The notes: generated from the letters alone by a model not told the origin. A stretch of DNA of 64,000 bases from Chrysomallon squamiferum (GCA_012295275.1 CM022679.1:10044001-10108000), one strand, 5' to 3'; shown: positions 12,458-25,539, counted from the stretch's first letter. Made by a program: numbers and translations.

Positions 12458-13440
12458 CTGGGAGTAAAAAAAGATAATAAATTAATTAATTTACCTGCAA
12501 CACCTGATGGTCAAATTCACCAAGATCACCAAGGTAACAATATACGGCATAACAAATTTGTTTGGGGTAGGAAATTAATTAATGCATCAGCAAAAGGTAA
12601 CTAACAACACAACATTTGTTTTATTTTTTCAAATTATAGTAATAAAAAAAAGTTTACCTGGAATTAATAAAATGTAAAATAACAAACACAACTGGTATAA
12701 ACAAAACACAGACAAGAAAAAAAAAACCCAAAACAACAACATAATAATTTATCAAATGTGCCAGTAATTAATTGAAAGAGATATCCAGTATTTACAAATA
12801 TCCTACTTGTGATGATAATCAAAGACCATGATGTCAAACTTGCTTATTACATTACTGGTGTTCTGAGGTCACAGAATTGTAAATTTATATTCCTAGCCAA
12901 AAATATTTTGTAATCTACTGAAATATCAGTGTGCAAGAATAACTGATAATAACAATATATCTATGCCTTGGACTGTATATTATTCTGAGAAAAAAAAGAA
13001 AAGAAAAAAAGAAAAAAGAATGAAAAAAGAAAAAGAAAACCCAGATAAACTGAGAACAGACAACAAAATAATGTACACCATGGAAGGGAAACAAAACTAC
13101 ATGAGCAGTAAGAAAGTAAAACAACAATAAAGAAAACCCCACAAAAAACACTGGTAGCAGGAATGACAGATAAAAAACAACAACACTACTTGTGTCTAAA
13201 CAGTCTCAGAAAACAAAACGTAAAAATAAATGACATCTGGTTAAATAATAAAATAATACCTTTATGGCTTTATGTTGTATAACGGGTTCAGAACAATACT
13301 GACAGAGAAAACATGTCAACATATACAGGATCTTTGGCATGTTTCTAAAGAAGATAGCACATGCTACAGCATTTAACAGAACAGTCCTGAAAGACATGCT
13401 GGAACAGAGCAGGAACTGAAAACCAATGCTCTTTAGAATA

Positions 13441-13675
13441 AAGGAAGAAAGAAAGGAAGTTAATTTTTTTATTTGGCTCCATTCTCAACACATTTTTTTT
13501 AAATTTACAGTTACATTGTGTTGGATACAGAGTTAAAGATCACACAGATAATGAGAAAGAAACCAGCTGCAGCTGCTGCTTCATATGATATTCTTTTTCC
13601 AATTAGCAGTAAGGGATCTTTATGTGCACCATCCCACAGATAGGAAAATATATATTATACCAGCTATAAAATAAC
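13441..13675. mobile_element. Degenerate copy of a dispersed SINE-like repeat
   Basis: Shares TTCTTT..TAGC..AAGGGATCTTT..GCACCATCCCACAGA.AGG with 33365-33500 and 54770-54905, and starts with a (GAAA/GAAG)-type simple-repeat end. Confidence 0.6.
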
Positions 13676-14497
13676 TGAGATGAAAACAAAATAACACCTA
13701 TCATACAGGTCACCAAGGACAACATAACAGATACAACAAATAACAACAAAAACAAACATAGAAACAAACAAACAAACAAATGTTTATAATTACAGTGCTT
13801 TTTTGAAAAGTCATACAAACTTATATTGGATGATAAGGCATTAATTTGAGAAACTAATTCTTGGACCGGTTTTTAATTAAAAACATTTTTGTTTTTAATA
13901 ACTCTTTAATTTCTCTCAATTTTTAATTAACCTAATTTACAAATTTAAACAAAGATAATTAATTAAACAACTCATATGACATTCAGAATCCACTGCAGTA
14001 ACACAGCAGACTCCTAAGAACAAAAAGGTTGTTTGTAATTCTGAACTGCAATTCAGACAAACAGAATCAAACAAACTGTTTTGACTACAGAGACTGTGGT
14101 TTACACATTAAGCTACAATTCACTGCAGTAAGTAAAGCAGACTGCTGCTCTGACTTGTTTGTTATTTCTGAGGAATCTGTAAAACCATGCAGAGGTGCAC
14201 AAATGTATAATAAACCTGTCTGCACTCTGGCATCAGAGAGATTACCATGACGCAATAAGTCTGTTCTGGATTTGATTCCACATTCTCACAAACCATTTTT
14301 TTTTTTTTTTTTTTTTTACCAAAGTAGTAAGCAGCAAATAACAAATTTAGACAGCAAAAGAATGTTTGAAAATTGTCAGAAATAATTAACTTGATTCTGT
14401 GTGGAAGTTCGTCAGATAATTTTAGATTTAAAAACAAAATCAAAAAATTGAAAACCCGAGAGAAAAATCCTAAATCGTTATGCTATTTATATGTTTA

Positions 14498-14510
14498 GTT
14501 ACCTAGCAAC
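14498..14510. promoter_or_regulatory. RFX X-box-like palindrome
   Basis: GTTACCTAGCAAC fits GTNRCC(N0-3)RGYAAC exactly; motif match only. Confidence 0.4.
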
Positions 14511-15038
14511 CCTATTCAAAGAGAACTGTTTTGTAAACATTATGTCTGACAGGTGTATTGCCAGCATAAATTACCATTAGCTGCTGAAGTGCTATCTTCT
14601 TTCTTTCTTTTTTTTTTTTTTTTTTTAAAAATGAGTCACACACACAGATATGGTAGATGCAAGAAGCTTGCTTGTGACATTGTAACATTCCTCTTTTGTT
14701 TCTTGTGTAACTTGATTTTTTTAGTACTTCTATGAGACTACAGATGTGTGTTGAAGAAGAAATGAGAAGGCAAAGCCATGTTCAAACGGTTAAGAAAAAA
14801 ATAATTGGAATGAAAAAGAAAACAACTTTTAAAGACACTAAACTATGAGATCAAAATGCAGACATGTTAATGGTCAGTGTGTACTGATTCTTTATCCATC
14901 TTTGTTCTTTAATCTTTCTCTTTAAGTTGTTTAACAAAACAAAATTCTTTATTAGAAATAAATATTATTTATGTACTTACCATTTTCAGTAATTTTTATT
15001 TATCAGAAGTATATTATATATATATGATTATATCATAA

Positions 15039-15217
<179 letters not shown>

Positions 15218-15263
15218 GGACGCAGCAAAACTCTTTATTATACTCTTTTTATTATTTCCTTAC

Positions 15264-17530
15264 CTTTTTGAGCAGTATTATTATGTGACGGTGCCATGAC
15301 GGCACTGGCTTTAGTACTATAACCATGAGATGGAACATCCACACTTTCATCTATTGCACTAACACGTGGAAATGTACAGTTCACACCATAACCGACTTGA
15401 GATTGTTTCACCGAGCTCTGGTCGAAGATACCAGGACTCAGGTCAAAGTTTTTCTGTCCATCCAAGTCCTCAAACGAATCCACGATCGACGGCTTGCACG
15501 CCGGGCTCTTTTGTTTGATGGTTCCCACGTTTTCATTAGCGAATGGCAAAGTGTTCGAATCGACACTTCCGGTGGAACAGTTTGATTCAAAACTGGTTGT
15601 CGAATCGCTACGTTTTTCACTGAGTGGGGATCTGTTGAGAGTCTCTTGTTTGTTAGTTACGCGAGTGTCCAGCTTGTTGTTGGTCACACAAGCGTCCGAT
15701 TTACTAGTCGCACCAGTGTCTGTTCTGTTAGTTACATTAGCGTCCGATTTACTAGTATTTACACAAATATTTGGTTGGTTATTTACACGAACGTCTGGTT
15801 TGCTAGTCACACAAATGTTTGGTTTTATGCTAGTCAGGGATGTTTCCGGTTTACCAGTGACGGAGCTGTCGGCTTTGGAAGGAGACATCTTAACTTCGAA
15901 TGAGCAGCTGCTGTGCTGTCTGCTCTGACTGATTTCTGAGAGTCTTTCGGGGGAGACGAATGTTTCCGAAGCTGAACACCGAACGTCCTCTCCACTGAAA
16001 CTTTCTCTTCGACATTTTGACTTTTCTCGAACGAATTGTAGCTCCTGCTGTTTGAACCGTGGCCCGCCTCTCCGGAGGTCTGGCCGCCGTTGCACGCTAT
16101 CTGGCCGCGGGCTCGGTCTGTGTAGGTGTGGTGTGCAACCTCGCGCTTCAGTTTCGTTTTCAGGGGGGTGCCGTAGTCCTGCGACGCGGTCTTCGAAGGA
16201 ATTCCGTAGTTGTGAATCTTAGGGGTGATGATGTCCATGGCGATAGGGGGAGGGGGTGGAGGGAAGTCCTCGCTGTCCGACGAATTGTTAGACAGAGCAC
16301 CACTTTCCTTCTCCTCGCGAATCTTGCCGAACTTTTCAGACAAGCTCTGCACACAGCTGGCGAAGGCCTGCTGCTGCGGAGCAATCTCTACCACATTACT
16401 TTCACCTCCGGCTCTGGTTGGAGTCTTGTTTGGAACGGGAGAGCTGGTCTGCGAAGCTATTCTGAAAGCGGCTCGCACCTCCTGCTGCCCGTCTGTGCTG
16501 TTCACTTTCATGACCGGAGGCGCAGAGCTGACGTCCTCGGTACTTGGTCCTTCATTACGAATGGAATTGGTCCGTTTGGGCGGGGGTGGGGCCGTCTTCT
16601 TGCTCCGCCCTGTGGGCGACGGCATCAGGGGCCCGCCTGACTCCTGGTGCTGGGTGTTAACGAAGAGCGGACTGGATGACCCTGGGTTGTGGAACTGTAC
16701 GGATGGTGGCTTCGGCACAATCAAAGGTTTGGGCTTGGGTGCCTTCGGAGGAGGTCCAACATGAGGCTTGTCGTAGATGTGCTCCTGCGGCTGAGTCAGG
16801 TGACTGTTCTTCTTCTTCAGCGTCCCAGCCACGGAGGAGGGAGGGAAGAGCTCGGTGACACTGACGTTCTTGTGCCCATCCGAGTTGCATTCCATCTCGT
16901 GTTTCTCCACCTCCATGATGTTGTCGTTGTCGGGGGAATACTCCCTGCTCGACCGCTTCGCGACGATCTTCGCCACAGGCTTCGACTTCACGCTCGTCTT
17001 CGCCGCGACCGGAGCGACCATGACGTGCGTCCTCTCACCACGACCGTGATCCGAAGTGGCCACGCCCGCAGAGTAGCTGTCCATCGAGTCGGACTTCCGG
17101 TGACCGGGGGCCTGAAACGACTGGTACGTGATGGGCTGCCCAGCCATGTCCTTCCCCTCGGGCGGAGTCTCCGAGTTCGCGCTGATCCTCGACCCTTGTC
17201 TTCTGACCTGTATCGCCACAACGTCTGGCTGCTGGGCCCCGTCCCTGGGGACCATGGCGTGCACCTCCCCGCTGCCAGCACTGCCCCCACTCCCCACGCT
17301 CCCCCCGCTGCTGATTGTGGCCAGGCTGTCTCCCGAAGTCGACCGTTTCGGCTTGGCTCCTATTCCGAACTCGACGTTAGGACCCAGGTCTCCTGACCAG
17401 CGCATGTTGGGTGGGGGTGGCTCCAGCAGCTCCTGGGAGCCGTGTTTTTTCTCCACCGATGAAAGACGTTTGGAGCTGGACATAATGCGCTTGAGACGAT
17501 CTATGGCCAACATGATTTTTTTCTGATGAC
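15264..17530 (-). CDS. CASKIN: Caskin-like protein, large exon (end of SAM2 plus Pro-rich region) with an apparent 1-nt frameshift
   Basis: tttcttttcAG acceptor, then GHQKKIMLAIDRLKR (SAM2 helix 5), continuing as ORF 15834..17513. The distal part is in the frame of ORF 15238..16095, contains SVDSNTLPFANENVGTIKQK and ends at AAAG|GTAAGG. Length is 2267 nt, but phase 1/1 needs a multiple of 3. Confidence 0.88.
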
Positions 17531-19796
17531 CTGAAAAGAAACAAAATGTTCAAATGTTACTTCACAGGACAGAAATGATATTATTTGCTATCTGATGAGC
17601 TGTAAAGAATATAAAGTTTTCAGAAAAGAAAGAAATAATTTTGCAAAATAAAATGATTATTTACAAAAATACAAAAAAAAAAAACCAGAAATAAAAAAAA
17701 GATTAAAGCTAACTTAGGTTAGTTTTATTATTGATTAAGTAATAATAATAACAACAATAACAACAACACTTTATACTACTGGCAAGAATAATGAATTATA
17801 ATTTTCATTGTTTTTTTTTTTTTTTTAACTCACTGTTATTTAATCAAACATCAAATAATACAGAAAAAAAACAACAACAACAACTAAACATCTACAGTGT
17901 CCAGCACATAAACATATAAAATCCACCCACACAACAGTTCCTAGCCATGATCTAAACAGACGACTTCTATTAACAAAATCTCTCCGAAACCTGTGAATTA
18001 AATTCCTCACTGCACAGATTAGATATCAGACAGATAAACACAAAATTACCATTTACAACCAGTCAGAGTATTTATCTCTTCATGTGAGATATATCAGTTA
18101 ATGTATGAGGTGAATAAACAGTAACAGAGATAAACTTTTGGCAAAGGTCCTGCCACGAGGCAAAAAAATATAGTTCATAATATTCCATCACATCTGCACG
18201 AGAAGACATTAAACCAAACATCATGTTACACACTGACGTTTAGATTTATGAATTAACTATTTTTTTTTTTTAAATAATTAACTGTTGCTTGAACAGTAAC
18301 GTTTTAGACATTTATGCAGCTACAGATGTATTCAGATTTTTCCATGATACCATTTTTTTTTTTTTTCAGTAATTACCTAAACAACAAGATAAATGTTTTT
18401 AATAGTTATTCCCTTATCTTTAAATTTATCGTGAAACGTGAACCTGAACACAGACGAAGATTATGAAGTAATGTTTTAAATTTCTCATGATGTACCATTT
18501 TTTTAAATAACTAAGTATGCATTTTCTATGTTTATGTTTATGCTGCTCTGATTTTAATTTCCATGAAAGCATTTTTGTTTTTGGTAAATATTTAAATTTT
18601 AATGTAAACCGTCACATTTATCTAGTTATATTCAAATTTATTAAGAAGTCGTCTTTAAATATTTTTGTATTTATCCAGTTAAAAAAAACTAAAATACTTT
18701 TACATCTTTTAACATTATATCTCCCAGATGTATTAGTGACATTATAAAAATGAAGTTACCATATTGTGTGAAACAAAAACAAACACAATGTTATATAATT
18801 CTATTAACTAAAAGTCTTTGTTCTTATATTAACATAAATGTCCTTGAAAGACAATGACCACATGGACTGAAAATATTAAATCCTTCTTTTTTTTTTTAAA
18901 AAAAAATCCAAACAAACAAATAATTGAAATAAATAAATAATAATTTTCTCCAGAAGGAATAAGCTTTGCCAAAACAGTTAAAGATTTGCTTAAGCACATA
19001 TAATTCACATATTTGGTTCCTCAAACTTTAACTTTAATTACCCACACCAAAATACTTCAACATTTCACAAACAAAAAATAAAACCCATAAAAATTCCTTC
19101 TCCAAAAAAACAAACAACAACAACTGAACTCACCTTTAATTTTAATCCAAACAAACTTTCCAAAAATAATCCTATCCAAATCACACTCTATCAGTCAACT
19201 AAACTTTTCAAAACAAAACAACAACAACAACAAACAAAAAAAACAACTGCCGCTTTCCAATTCTCCTTGAGCACATAATCTTTTATGTCCATAATAATTC
19301 CTAATGTTTCTGCAACACTGTTTTATTAGCTGCAGACACGAGTAAGGCAAAGAACCGGCTAAGAACAGCAGGAATTGAGTAACCAGTATGGCATAGTGAC
19401 CCACGAAAACAGTTTCCACTCAGGCAACGCCTCCAATTCCTTGGCAAAAGATCACCCAGCATATGCTAATAATCATTGGCTCCCAGTCCCCAAAAAACCA
19501 GATGGCCACGTACATGATATAATATTATCATAAAAATGTATTTATAACCCAGCTAGATACACCTTTTAACATGATTTATGGCCTTGTTAGTTTGTTTTTT
19601 GTGTAGTAATTTTTGGAAATATATATATATGTGCCTTTTGTAACTTAGTGTAGTCTATCTGCGTTAAAACTGTGTTAAAGTCATTTCGTTGGGTTCTATG
19701 AACAAAAATTGAATTGTTGTTATTATTTACAGAAACTTGGTTGTTAAAAGTATATTTATATACTTAAACATGTATGTTGGTAACTAAATAGGTATA

Positions 19797-20037
<241 letters not shown>

Positions 20038-21235
20038 CCTTAAAAAAAAATGGACAAGAATGCTTTCAGTTAATTAATTCAATTAATAATAAACATATGC
20101 ACACACAACATCACAATAAAAAAAACCTCCAAAAATTCCAGCAAGAGTTCCATCAGTATCATTCCTTTATTTCATTCTGTAACCCAAAACATACACGCAG
20201 TAATTACCAAATACAATACAAGGCTTACGCACACAAAAATGTTTGACAGTGTGTTCACCTTTTCTGACAGTCTAAGGAAAACAAATAAATTTTAATGTCA
20301 AAAGCAATCTGCAGAGAAAGCAGACCAAAAGATTCTGCATTCCAAAGAAAGATGCCAGAAAGAGCCAGGAGAAATGACTAAGATTTTGACACAATGTCAC
20401 AACGCACACGAAACTTGGCATTTTCTCAGATTTCCTCGTTTCAAACATTCTTTTGTAATTAGGAAACAGACATTAGACTAGAGCACAGCCAATTGGTGCA
20501 GAGGAACTTATCTTTGGTCACTGGTTTGTTTGGATGTGCATGTTACATTCACTGACATTTAAAGCCTTACAAGACTGCGTGCGTTTTTTCAATTCTTTCA
20601 TGTTGTAGATGTTTACGGTAGTTCTTTCATTTCAAAGAATCTCAGTTCAGTAAGATAGAAAAAAATTAACTTATTTTAATTTTTGTTTAAATAATTTCTT
20701 TTATTGATACTAAATTAAATTTAATTTTGATCATTATTATATTCATTTATCTGTTTGTATTATTATTCTAATTCTTAAATTTTTACAATTTTTTTAAAAG
20801 AATATTTGTTGCCAACTATTCTGAATATCCCTAACACACCTTTCTTGTGTTTGTGTGATTTTTTTTTAAATTTAGTTTTCTAATACTACTACTAATAATA
20901 AGAAGAAGAAAAAGAAGAAGAAGAAGAAGAAATTTAAAAAATAAATAACAAACATTTCACCTTTTTCTCTAAAAATAGATAATATGAATAAATTCCTTCT
21001 TCTTTGAAAACATTAAATGATCAGGCCTGTTTATCAGTGTGTGAATCACAGAGAGGAGAAAGAAGAAGTGTGTTTTACAATACACTACTCCATTTAGAAG
21101 ATGTCAGCTACACTGTTTCATAGATTTTGCAGAACATGGCTAAAAGTTCTGTATATTAATTATCTGTGTTATTTTAGTCAAATATAGAACACTATTCTTC
21201 TTTATCTAAATTTTTTTTTTTTTTTTTAATTTTTA

Positions 21236-21266
<31 letters not shown>

Positions 21267-21548
21267 ATTCTGGAATTTTAAAGGCTTGGAAATGTAATAT
21301 TTATTTCCTGATATAAAAATAAAGATACTTTTAAAAATTATTTCCAGCAAATGAAATTTTTATCTTTCTATACCTCATGTATTTACACTTACATACATAA
21401 AAAAAAAAAAATATAAACTCATTTACTCATGCATGATTGTTTTTTGTATCGTGTTGAGTAAACAGTTATCTCCCCTGATTTGTCTGATAATGAAACTTTG
21501 ACAGAATGTACTCAACAGATCTTGATTAACAGATTCTTGTCTCACACC

Positions 21549-21596
<48 letters not shown>

Positions 21597-21604
21597 TGCA
21601 TGTC

Positions 21605-22061
21605 TGGCATTAACAAATATAACCAAATAACAACTCAGTAATAGTTCCTTAAACTCACTTTCAAACTGACACTAACAAATATGAAGAAAATAAAGCTAAG
21701 TACATACTTCCTTAATGTCTAATTATAAGTGACATTAACAAATATGACATTATATCAAAACCAGGCATCAGTTCTATAATGTCTCTTTACAACTGACATT
21801 AACAAATATGACAAAACAAGCTCTTCAAATACTTCCTTAATGGCTATTTCAAACTGACATTAACAAAACAGGAACACACATTAAACAGAAAAAAAGTTTC
21901 TTAATCTATTTCAATCCGACATTAACAAATATTACAACAAAAATAATGACAAGAACTGAAACTACTTCCAGTTTCAACTGTCCCAATTATTCAAATTAGT
22001 CTATTTTTTTCCAGTTACTTCAGTATGACATTTAACAAATATAACTCCCAAAATTACTCAC
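21605..22061. repeat. Degenerate ~60-bp tandem array abutting the SAM2 exon donor
   Basis: Core (ac)TGACATTAACAAATAT recurs about 7 times; the last copy is ~20 nt from the donor. Confidence 0.7.
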
Positions 22062-22200
22062 CTAATTTTTTAATTCCTATTTCTTCCAAGTCCTCCCAGG
22101 TAATATCTGTGACATAATCTATTTCATCATAGCCTTGCTGTGTCAATGTCTCGTAGTACTGTCCTAAGCCCAGTAGGTGGAGCCACTCTAAAAGGTCATT
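22062..22200 (-). CDS. CASKIN: Caskin-like protein, SAM2 exon (139 nt)
   Basis: cctttcAG acceptor, GTGAGT donor; [46 protein letters not shown](G), with the Caskin SAM2 signature [18 protein letters not shown]. Confidence 0.95.
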
Positions 22201-24049
22201 CTGAAAGGATGAATAAAGAAAAAACAGTGATTAACTGAATACTACAAAACATCAAATTAATGCAGACACAATATAAATGTGAAAGGTTACAGTAGTGGTT
22301 TTTTTTCTTTAATAATTCAATACATTTATTACTGTTTCTATTTCTTATATTTCCATGAAAACCAAGGAAAATTATTATTCCAGTACATTATGTTACCTAC
22401 TACAAAAATTATTTTTGTAAATTTCAATGAAAATGGCTGCAGGATATGTTTCTTTTTTTTTTTCCTGAGGGTAACCTGGTCCTGTATTATCCTCTTTCCT
22501 ATGTGAATGAGTCCTGTTAGAGATTTCACCAGGTTTTGAAGACCAAGGGTCTTAACAACACTTAATGACTGCTATCAAAACATGTATTAAAAGTTGATCA
22601 AAGAATAGGAATCTTATTTCTCAGCTATATGAGATTATGCAGGACAGTTAATTGTCAAACAACAGTTTTGTTGGTAAAGAATGATCTGAAAAGGAGGCCA
22701 CTCATTACTAAGTTCACAATCTGAAAATTAATTAGTACATAATCTCAAACAGAGCTAACTCATAATACTAATTTGTGGATAATCTCAAAGGGAGATCACT
22801 CAATTTATGTATAATCTGAAAGGGATGCAACTCGTGTTAATTTTTGTTAATTACATTACTAAAGTACAGCTGTAAGATTGTAAGGAATGCTCATAAGTTA
22901 TCCATTTAAATATTTATGAGAAAAAAGATGAATTTATATGCTTGAAATAAGTTGTGCCATAATGAAGTGAGTATACTTTGTACAGAAAGACTAGTGTTTA
23001 TATTAATTCAAGTACTGAACAAAAATGTTTAAAAATAATAAAAATGATCTTTTTTAAGTTATGTAGTTTGATTTTTTAGTGATTAGAATTTGTTACACAA
23101 ATATTCTATTCATGATAATAACTCAGATCTTAAATTCAAATTTAAATTTTGTAAATAATTTTTTAATTTTTTTTTTAAAGAAAGATTATTAAGTTAAAAT
23201 ATCATTAATAAATAATAATATTTACAAGTATATTTTAAATTTATTTAAATCTATTTAAATTTATTTTAAAAGATTAAAAGGTGAGAATATGTTGTACATA
23301 AATATTCAAATGCTTTTAAATTACATGACATAAAAAAATTTAAAAAATATATTTGATTAATCTAATATACTTTAAATACATTAGACATTACAAGGCAAGA
23401 ACCTCTCATACATGAATACTCTAATATTTTTAAATGAAATCTTCTAAAGTGGTGTACATATCTGGGGGAAAAAATCGTAAACTAGATTCTTATCCTAATT
23501 GTTTATCTGTTGGTTTAGTTATTGAGCCAAGATCCTGTCAGTCAGAAACAATGCAGGCTTCTCCGCTTCGACTAATTTGGAGTAGTTAAAAATACATCTC
23601 AAACTATGTACCACTGCTTTGTTTTAACTAACATTCTGCTAATTTGGAGTAGTTAAAAATACAGTATTTGTACCACAGTTTTGTTCTATACTAACATTTG
23701 TGATGTTTCAGTAATTGTAATTCCCAGTGATAATGAAAGGTTGATTCCCTTTTTTTTTTATTTTTTGAAGATGAACAACAACAAAATAAAATTAAAAACC
23801 TAAACGGTAAAGAAAAAAAAAAGGCACAGAGAGACAAAAAAAAAAACAACAACTGAAAGTCACAAAACCAAGCATTCTAAGAATAATAATCCCTTTTATT
23901 ATCATTTTTCTGTCATATTGTCATGTGAGTGTTTCATTCCTGTTTTTTTTATTTTTTTTTTTTTTCATTTCACAATGAAAATTACTGGCAGTCATGCAAT
24001 AACTGCCTTTCTGTCATACATTCCAAATCTCCTCAGTGTACACAGCTGA

Positions 24050-24653
24050 TACTGATTTAAAATCTGGGAATATTAATATCGATTTAAATAACAAAGAGAG
24101 TGTTAAACACATTCCAAAGATTTAAAAAAAAAAAAAAAATACAAACATTATTTAACAGATAATGGTTTAAAATCAGGGATATATGACAAAAATTTAAATA
24201 TTACAAACTATATTTAAATAAAATGGGTATTAAAATCTGGGATAGTGACAAAGCTTGAAACAACACACACTGATCCAAAATCAGGGATAATGACAAAAAT
24301 TTAAATAAAACAAACTGTATTTAACATGAACTGGTCTAAATTCCTGGATAATGACAAACACTTAAATAATACTCTTTGGTCTAAAATATGGAATGATGAC
24401 AATGATTTAAATACCACAAACTGGTCTTAAAATAAAGATTTAAATCTGTGATAAAGACAAAGATTTAAATAACTCATACTGGTCTAAAATCTGGGATAAA
24501 GACAAAGATTTAAATAACACATACTGGTCTAAAATTAAAGATTTAAATAACACATACTGGTCTAAAATTTAAGATTTAAATAACACATACTGGTCTAAAA
24601 TCTGTGATAAAGACAAAGATTTAAAGAACACATACTGGTCTAAAATCTGGGAT
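24050..24653. repeat. 45/33-bp minisatellite that includes the exon end and splice donor
   Basis: Unit catactggtctaaaatctgggataaagacaaagatttaaataaca; clean copies at 24420-24653, decaying toward 24050. Confidence 0.92.
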
Positions 24654-24737
24654 TCCATCATGAATATTCAGCCTGGCTATCTCTGCTTTAAGTCGTTTGC
24701 GATGTACTGGTTTAGTAATTCCAACTGCTGTCAGATC
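24636..24737 (-). CDS. CASKIN: Caskin-like protein, SAM1 C-terminal exon (102 nt)
   Basis: ttttcattcAG acceptor, GTATGT donor; DLTAVGITKPVHRKRLKAEIARLNIHDGIPDFRP (compare Caskin DLTAIGVTKPGHRKK). Confidence 0.93.
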
Positions 24738-25140
24738 CTGAATGAAAAGAGAAAACCATCAGGTTTGTATTGATCACACTTACAGAAGTCTTCACTTGGT
24801 TGTATTTGACAAGATGTGTTTGTGAGAAATCTGAATGATTTTGCTATAAACATCTTTTTCTTCTTCTTCTTCTTTTTTTTTTTTTTTTTTTTCAGAAAGT
24901 TATTAACACAACAAACAAAAATAAAATAAGAATAAAAATATAGCTATGTTGGCATTATGAAAATAGGATTTACTTGAATCTTCAAAACTTTTTTATTTTA
25001 TTTTTATATATGCTGGTTGATGATTTTGAAAATGGAAACAAAATGCTTTTTTCAAAAAAATAAATAAAAAAAAATGAAGAAAAGAAAGTTTAAAACTTTT
25101 ACTGGGTAAGAAGTAACAAATTACTTCTATTAGCTGACTT

Positions 25141-25142
25141 AA

Positions 25143-25181
<39 letters not shown>

Positions 25182-25276
25182 AAATCATATGGATAAATGC
25201 ACACACATTTTAAAATAAAATAAAATAAAATAAAATAAAATAAAATAAAATAAAATAAAATAAAAATAAAAATAAA
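25141..25276. repeat. (AAAT)n and (AAAAT)n microsatellites
   Basis: Direct reading. Confidence 0.9.
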
Positions 25277-25539
25277 GACATTGAACCATCTAACCTGACA
25301 AACCATCCGACTACAGAATTAAAACAAATTAAAACTGTCGGTTACACCCATTTCAACACACACACACACACTTTTATTTATTAAAACCAGTTTCCTTCCT
25401 CTTTTCCTTCTCTTCCCAACAAATAGACAAAACAAAAGAAAAAAAAAAAAAAAAAAAAAAAACATTTCCACAATCATCACTGTTAAATATTTAATTTTCT
25501 GAATCCACGCACTGTTATATAAAACCCAGTAACTCTCAC

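Noticed and set aside
15325-17526. Multiple + strand and alternative-frame ORFs (e.g. 16059..16640, 16225..16764, 16689..17396)
   Set aside because: These are shadow ORFs of the GC-rich Caskin exon, with no independent splice signals or recognisable products.
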